64,000 bases of DNA, from positions 6,888 to 70,887 of the forward strand of contig CAZSRX010000022.1 of assembly GCA_964609675.1 (NCBI GenBank), written 5' to 3'. Made by a program: the position numbers and the translations under genes. Of the stretch, positions 58,830 to 64,000 are shown one piece after another. The notes beneath the pieces were generated by a model. It saw only the letters and a list, made by a program, of their open reading frames with translations, was not told where the DNA came from and did not search any database. The stretch's first letter is position 1, and each line of letters begins with the position of its first letter. The DNA comes from an uncultured Bacteroidota bacterium (lineage in GTDB: Bacteria > CLD3 > SB21 > JBBIRG01).

Positions 58830-59852
58830 TTATCTTCCTAATACGTGACTGACCCTGGATAAGGAAACATCGTAACGGTAGGCGGTGTTCATATGCCCGT
58901 CGTCGAATTCTTCGTATTCATGAGCAATGCCCAGCGTGACCAGTTTTTTTGAAAAAATCCGCGCGCCGATATGAAGCTGATACTCGTCCCGGAAACCGCA
59001 GTCAATGAAAAGGCGCCGGAGCGTACGCAGACTGTCCTGAAATTCCGGCTTATCGATTATATATACCGGATCATGCTCCAGCCAGCGTTTCCATACGGTT
59101 TCGTCCAGCGCGCCCGTATCACGGTCAAACGGAAGCTCAAACCCGTACGGACGCTTATCCGGATTGGGACTATATGCGGCGGCCATGGCGATGATACTCA
59201 TCGCGGTAATCTGTTCGCCGCTTTTTTTCGGGGATTCAAAAAATTTATTAAGAAACCCTTCCAGCCCTCCGGCACGCTGGATCGCATTATAACATTTCGG
59301 GATATCCGGTTTATAGCAATACTCAAAATACATGTCGCCGGCGCTGCAGTAGCAAACGGAGAAAATATCCGGATGTTTCATCGACAGCGTCAGCGCGCCG
59401 TAACCGCCGCTGGATTTGCCCATTACAGCCCGCCCCCGAGGATCCCTGATGGTGCGGTAACGACGGTCAATATAGGGAATAATTTCTTTGATCAGATAGT
59501 CTTCATAATCACCGCAAGCCGTGGAATTCAGATATTGTGAGCCGCCGTATTTCGTGAAACAATCCGGCATGACAAGGAGGCACGGCGCCATACGTTGCCC
59601 GGCGATGAGTTTATCGCAACGCTCGTCGATGGCATAGCCCCACGCCTGCGGCGACAGAAACATCGTGCCGAAACCCATATAGCCGCTCAGCAGATAGATT
59701 ACCGGATAGCGCGTCTCCGCGGATGCTTCATATCCCGGCGGCAGATATATCGCTATTTTACGGAGACTGGGATCGTTCAGCGGATTCGGTTTAAGAATTT
59801 CGCTTGCAAACCATTCGATGTGGACGGTGCCTTGTTTCATGGAATTATTCAT
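58830..59852 (-). CDS. Putative esterase (alpha/beta hydrolase, esterase-D / enterochelin-esterase-like)
   Basis: IYLPPGY...YPVIYLLSGY and the nucleophile elbow GKSSGG. Confidence 0.7.
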   Translation of the reverse strand: MNNSMKQGTVHIEWFASEILKPNPLNDPSLRKIAIYLPPGYEASAETRYPVIYLLSGYMGFGTMFLSPQAWGYAIDERCDKLIAGQRMAPCLLVMPDCFTKYGGSQYLNSTACGDYEDYLIKEIIPYIDRRYRTIRDPRGRAVMGKSSGGYGALTLSMKHPDIFSVCYCSAGDMYFEYCYKPDIPKCYNAIQRAGGLEGFLNKFFESPKKSGEQITAMSIIAMAAAYSPNPDKRPYGFELPFDRDTGALDETVWKRWLEHDPVYIIDKPEFQDSLRTLRRLFIDCGFRDEYQLHIGARIFSKKLVTLGIAHEYEEFDDGHMNTAYRYDVSLSRVSHVLGR

Positions 59853-60892
59853 AGCGTTTGCCCTAAAGGGGTTTCATACCGTGTACCGATCAATCCGCCA
59901 AGCGGCGGCAGTTCGGTAACATTAATCGGAAGCGCGCGCAGGGCTTCCTGATACTCGTACAGGCGCTGAATAACCGGTTCCATTTCCGTAAACTGCATGA
60001 GTTCCGCGCGGAGTTTGGCAACCATCGGCAGGCCGCGCAGGTACCCGGAGTAATATTTACGGAATTCGATAACCCCGCGGCGTTCGCCTTTGGCCAGCGC
60101 GGACGAACGCAGATGATCCAGGCAAACCTGAATCCGCTCATCCACGGAGGGCGGGCGGTAGGAGCCGGTCTGTATCAATTGTTTCGCCTCTCGGAAAATC
60201 CACGGGTTGGCGATGGCGGCGCGGCCGATCATGACGCCATCACAGCCGGTCCCGAATAGGGTACGCACGTCTTCGGGTGTTTTGGCGTCGCCGTTCCCGA
60301 TCAGCGGTATGGATAGGATGGCTTTGATTTTTTCCAGCCAGGACCAGTCTGCAAAACCGCTGTGGCCCTGGTCGCGGGTACGGCAGTGCAGACACAGGGA
60401 CTGCACGCCGGCCTGTTCCGCCATTTTGGCCACCTCGGGGATCACGATCTCGTCCGCTTTCCAGCCGAGTCGGGTCTTGAGCGTCACGGGAATTTTAACC
60501 GCTTTCACCACCGCGTTAACAATCGCTTCAAGTTTCGGTAAATCCCGGAGCAGGCCGGCCCCTGCGCCGCGCATGGCCACATCTTTCACCCAGCAACCGG
60601 CATTGATATCAATGAAATCCGGCTGCCGCTCCTCGGCTATCTGCGCCGCGCGGACCATATTTTCCTCGATATTGCCAAAAATCTGGATGCCCACCGGACG
60701 CTCTTCTTCGGTAAACGTCATTTTCTGAAACGCTTTTTTCGCGTCGCGGATCAGCGCCTCGCAACTGATGAATTCCGTCACCACCACGTCTGCGCCAAGC
60801 CGACGGGCCACCACACGAAACGCGCTGTCGGTCACATCGTCCATCGGCGCCAGCACCAGCGCCTGGTTTATTTCTCTTTTCCCGAATAACAT
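59849..60892 (-). CDS. dus: tRNA-dihydrouridine synthase
   Basis: LAPMDDVTDSAFR, GADVVVTEF, INAGCW and IGNGD motifs of the Dus TIM-barrel flavoenzymes. Confidence 0.9.
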   Translation of the reverse strand: MLFGKREINQALVLAPMDDVTDSAFRVVARRLGADVVVTEFISCEALIRDAKKAFQKMTFTEEERPVGIQIFGNIEENMVRAAQIAEERQPDFIDINAGCWVKDVAMRGAGAGLLRDLPKLEAIVNAVVKAVKIPVTLKTRLGWKADEIVIPEVAKMAEQAGVQSLCLHCRTRDQGHSGFADWSWLEKIKAILSIPLIGNGDAKTPEDVRTLFGTGCDGVMIGRAAIANPWIFREAKQLIQTGSYRPPSVDERIQVCLDHLRSSALAKGERRGVIEFRKYYSGYLRGLPMVAKLRAELMQFTEMEPVIQRLYEYQEALRALPINVTELPPLGGLIGTRYETPLGQTL

Positions 60893-61179
60893 AGCTACAG
60901 CATACTAAATATTATCCTGAATATCAATAACAAGTGTAATTTATTATCGCCTCTTCCACAAATACCATACCTAAGCATAAAGCTTTGCAATTTTCTATAT
61001 GGCCCAATGCATAATGCACAAAAAAATTATATCATTTATATTATTAATTATCAATATTTTAATAGATTTACAAAAAATAGATAAATTATTTTACTTGGCA
61101 ATATGATTTTAATATAATATTATTATGATATCACTATGATACTACGATTTTAAACATTTTTTTAGATGGAGGTAATTTT

Positions 61180-62055
61180 ATGCAAACGATTCATGAAATG
61201 AAAGCGTGGAAAATTAACGGTTTTTGGATGCCGCTGTTATTGGTGATCCTAACCGTTGCCGGGATATTCATATTACGTGAAGGGATTCTGACGAATGAAC
61301 CGGCTTTTTTGATAATATTTATTCCCCTGATCCTCGTGATATTTATGATATCCGCCGGATTCATGATTGTTCATCCGAACGAGGCGAAGGTGCTGGTTTT
61401 TTTCGGTAAATACGCCGGTACGGTCAATACGGCCGGTTTTTGGTGGATAAACCCGTTCACGGTCCGTAAGGCCGTCTCGCTGAGGATTCACAATTTCAAC
61501 AGTGAAAAGATCAAGGTAAACGACTTCCTCGGTAACCCGATTGAGATCGCGGCCGTGATTGTATGGCGGGTGGTCGATTCGGCGAAGGCGACGTTTGACG
61601 TGGAGAATTACCAGCAGTTCGTCAATGTGCAGTGCGAGACGGCGATCCGTTCGATGGCGACGCAGTATCCGTACGATACGCACGAGGAAGGCCGGGCGTC
61701 CCTGCGCGGCAGTCAGCAGGAAGTATCGGAAAATCTGCGTGCGCAGGTGCATACGCGGCTGGAAATCGCGGGTGTGGAAGTGACCGAAGCGCGAATCAGC
61801 CATCTGGCGTATGCGCCGGAAATCGCGCAGGTAATGCTGCGGCGCCAGCAGGCGGAAGCGATTATCGCCGCACGCCAGCGTATCGTGGACGGCGCCGTCG
61901 GTATGGTGGAAAGCGCGTTGACCATGCTCGGCGAAAAAGGCATCTTCACGCTCGACCAGGAAAAGAAAGCCGCCATGGCCAACAACCTGCTCGTCGCGCT
62001 GGTGTCGGATCATGAAACCAGCCCTATCGTCAACGTCGGCACGCTGTTTTCATGA
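61180..62055 (+). CDS. SPFH/band-7 (stomatin/flotillin-like) membrane protein
   Basis: Two N-terminal TM helices, then an SPFH domain and a coiled-coil Ala/Gln-rich tail. Confidence 0.75.
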   Translation: MQTIHEMKAWKINGFWMPLLLVILTVAGIFILREGILTNEPAFLIIFIPLILVIFMISAGFMIVHPNEAKVLVFFGKYAGTVNTAGFWWINPFTVRKAVSLRIHNFNSEKIKVNDFLGNPIEIAAVIVWRVVDSAKATFDVENYQQFVNVQCETAIRSMATQYPYDTHEEGRASLRGSQQEVSENLRAQVHTRLEIAGVEVTEARISHLAYAPEIAQVMLRRQQAEAIIAARQRIVDGAVGMVESALTMLGEKGIFTLDQEKKAAMANNLLVALVSDHETSPIVNVGTLFS

Positions 62056-62240
62056 GCGAAAAGAAAAAATTTCTCCTGCGTGTTGACGAAAAACTCTATA
62101 CCGCGCTGGAGAAATGGGCCGCCGACGACCTGCGCAGCGTGAACGCGCAGATGGAGTATATCCTCACCGAAGCCGTCCGAAAAGCCGGGCGGCTTACGGC
62201 GGAGGCTGAACCTTCGGAAAGGAACGAATCATCCGAATAA
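62052..62240 (+). CDS. Small ribbon-helix-helix (Arc/MetJ-like) DNA-binding protein
   Basis: 62 aa. [32 protein letters not shown] is a beta-strand followed by two helices, the pattern of Arc-type RHH proteins. Start overlaps the SPFH stop (ATGA). Confidence 0.5.
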   Translation: MSEKKKFLLRVDEKLYTALEKWAADDLRSVNAQMEYILTEAVRKAGRLTAEAEPSERNESSE

Positions 62241-62265
62241 CGTCCCAGCAACCGGGCTTAATTTT

Positions 62266-63933
62266 TTACGCCGTCATGTAAGGATATCGAAAGTCCGTCG
62301 GCGGAATCAGCGTTTCCTTGATGGTGCGCGGGCTGACCCAGCGGCAGAGATTGATATGACTGCCGGCCTTGTCGTTGGTTCCCGAAGCGCGCGCCCCGCC
62401 GAACGGCTGCTGGCCGACCATGGCGCCGGTCGGCTTGTCGTTGATGTAGAAATTGCCCGCGGCGTAACGCAGCGCCCGGCAGGCCTCCACCATCGCGTAT
62501 TTGTCATTGCTGAATATCGCGCCGGTCAAGGCGTAGGGTGACGTTTCATCGCAGAGCTTCAGCGTGTCGTGAAAATCCTTGTCGTCGTAAACGTAAATGC
62601 TCATCACCGGGCCGAAGATCTCCTCTTCCATCGTAACGAAATGCGGTTGGCGTGTGACTATCACCGTGGGTTCAATGAAATAGCCTTTCGATTTATCGCC
62701 TTTTCCTCCCGCAAGGATTGCAGCGTCCGGAGCGTGCTTTGCTTTTTCAATATAGCTCATAATATTGTCAAACGAGGCCTCGTCGATCACCGCATTAACG
62801 AAATTATTGAAATCGCGGACGTCGCCGATTTTAATCGCGGCTATCATTTGAAGCAGATTATTTTTGGTGTCGGCCCAGATGGACTGCGGTATATAGGCGC
62901 GGGAAGCGGCGGAGCATTTTTGCCCTTGATACTCGAAGGCGCCGCGAACGATCGCCGTCGCCAGTTCCTGCGGATTAGCGGAATGATGCGCAAAAATAAA
63001 ATCTTTTCCCCCGGTTTCGCCCACCAGCCGCGGGTAGGATTTATATTTCGGTAAATTGTCCGTCACGGTTTTCCATAACCGGTTGAACGTCGCATTGGAG
63101 CCGGTAAAATGAATACCGGAAAGGTCGCGGTGATGCATGACGACGCCGCTAATAACCGAACCGGAGCCGGGAACAAAATTGATGACGCCGTCGGGCAGGC
63201 CGGCTTCCTGAAAGATTTTCATCAGATAATAATTCGACAAAAGCGCGGTGGTGGCCGGTTTCCAGACCGTCGTGTTGCCCATCAGGGCGACGCTGACGTT
63301 CAGGTTCGCGGCGATGGCGGTGAAATTGAACGGCGAAATGGCGTAGATAAATCCTTCCAGCGGACGGTATTCCATCCGGTTGATCACGCGGTCGCCGGAA
63401 AACGGCTGCATCGAATAAATCAGGGAGGCGAAATACACATTGAACCGGAGGTAATCGATGGTTTCGCAGGCGGCGTCAATCTCGGCCTGGAATACGTTTT
63501 TCGCCTGGCCCAGCATGGTGGCGGCGTTGATCAGGTGCCGGTATTTAACGGAAATCAGTTCCGCCGCGCGCATCATCACGGAAGCCCTTTCGAGCCACGA
63601 CAGCGACATCCACTCCTCCTTGGCTTTCAGCGCGGCATCGATGGCAAGCCGGGCTTCTTTCTCGGTCGCCTGATGGTAAGTGGCCAATACGTGACGGTGA
63701 TCGCAAGGCATGACGACCTGCCCGATCTGGCCGGTACGGATCTCTTTTCCGCCGATGATCAGCGGAATCTCAATGGTTTCACGGCTTTGCCGATCCAACT
63801 CCTTTATTAGCGCTTCCCGTTCCATACTGCCCGGCAAATAAGACAGCACCGGTTCGTTCACAGGCGATCTGAAATTATAGATAGCGTTATTCATAAAAAT
63901 ATCCTTTTCATAGTTTTTTAAAAAACGTTTCAC
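62266..63933 (-). CDS. L-glutamate gamma-semialdehyde (delta-1-pyrroline-5-carboxylate) dehydrogenase; start possibly at 63894
   Basis: Aldehyde dehydrogenase superfamily of the PruA/RocA type (VGETGGKDF, EYQGQKCSA catalytic Cys, EIFGPV). About 540 aa. Confidence 0.85.
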   Translation of the reverse strand: MKRFLKNYEKDIFMNNAIYNFRSPVNEPVLSYLPGSMEREALIKELDRQSRETIEIPLIIGGKEIRTGQIGQVVMPCDHRHVLATYHQATEKEARLAIDAALKAKEEWMSLSWLERASVMMRAAELISVKYRHLINAATMLGQAKNVFQAEIDAACETIDYLRFNVYFASLIYSMQPFSGDRVINRMEYRPLEGFIYAISPFNFTAIAANLNVSVALMGNTTVWKPATTALLSNYYLMKIFQEAGLPDGVINFVPGSGSVISGVVMHHRDLSGIHFTGSNATFNRLWKTVTDNLPKYKSYPRLVGETGGKDFIFAHHSANPQELATAIVRGAFEYQGQKCSAASRAYIPQSIWADTKNNLLQMIAAIKIGDVRDFNNFVNAVIDEASFDNIMSYIEKAKHAPDAAILAGGKGDKSKGYFIEPTVIVTRQPHFVTMEEEIFGPVMSIYVYDDKDFHDTLKLCDETSPYALTGAIFSNDKYAMVEACRALRYAAGNFYINDKPTGAMVGQQPFGGARASGTNDKAGSHINLCRWVSPRTIKETLIPPTDFRYPYMTA

Positions 63934-64000
63934 TGCAGGTAAAAACTGTCAATGGGCACTTCAAAATGCGCCATAGGGGCAGTTGAAAATGCGCCACCTT

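Overview
This 64 kb window looks like chromosome from a non-proteobacterial, probably FCB-group bacterium. The evidence for that placement is a T9SS C-terminal sorting domain, periplasmic propeller/Y_Y_Y sensor kinases, an MglA/MglB GTPase module and a GxxExxY gene. By eye the core is about 55% GC and densely packed with genes, mostly housekeeping: a group-3 [NiFe] hydrogenase small and large subunit with a GAF/sigma-54 activator, B12-dependent ribonucleotide reductase nrdJ, rnhB, rpsA, uppP, tmk, mazG, dus, a P5C dehydrogenase, signalling proteins, and envelope or lipid-modifying genes.

The main feature is a low-GC island of about 11.6 kb (about 12.9-24.6 kb) lying between the nrdJ 5' region and the rnhB 3' end. 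It is bracketed by two directly repeated segments of about 175 bp, and the left copy carries an IS110-like transposase N-terminal remnant. The island holds a tightly packed same-strand operon: an XRE-type HTH gene that appears broken by a 1-nt frameshift, a 1119-aa HKD(PLD)-nuclease/SNF2-helicase fusion, a KilA-N domain protein, a 1249-aa MmeI/Eco57I/PglX-like N6-adenine methyltransferase, and a DUF3644-like protein. I read this as a DISARM/BREX-like or ATP-dependent restriction-modification-like defence module that does not match a canonical gene set. Downstream is a GxxExxY (PD-(D/E)xK) gene embedded in an array of about 80-bp imperfect palindromic hairpin repeats, then a fragment resembling a restriction-subunit C-terminus.

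Elsewhere, the noteworthy items are an MglA/MglB polarity module with roadblock, DUF4388, HAMP and REC partners; a propeller/Y_Y_Y sensor fused to a eukaryotic-like Ser/Thr kinase; a PIMT-like O-methyltransferase with a C-terminal extension; and a 1757-aa T9SS cargo protein with an internal duplication. No rRNA, tRNA or CRISPR array was found.
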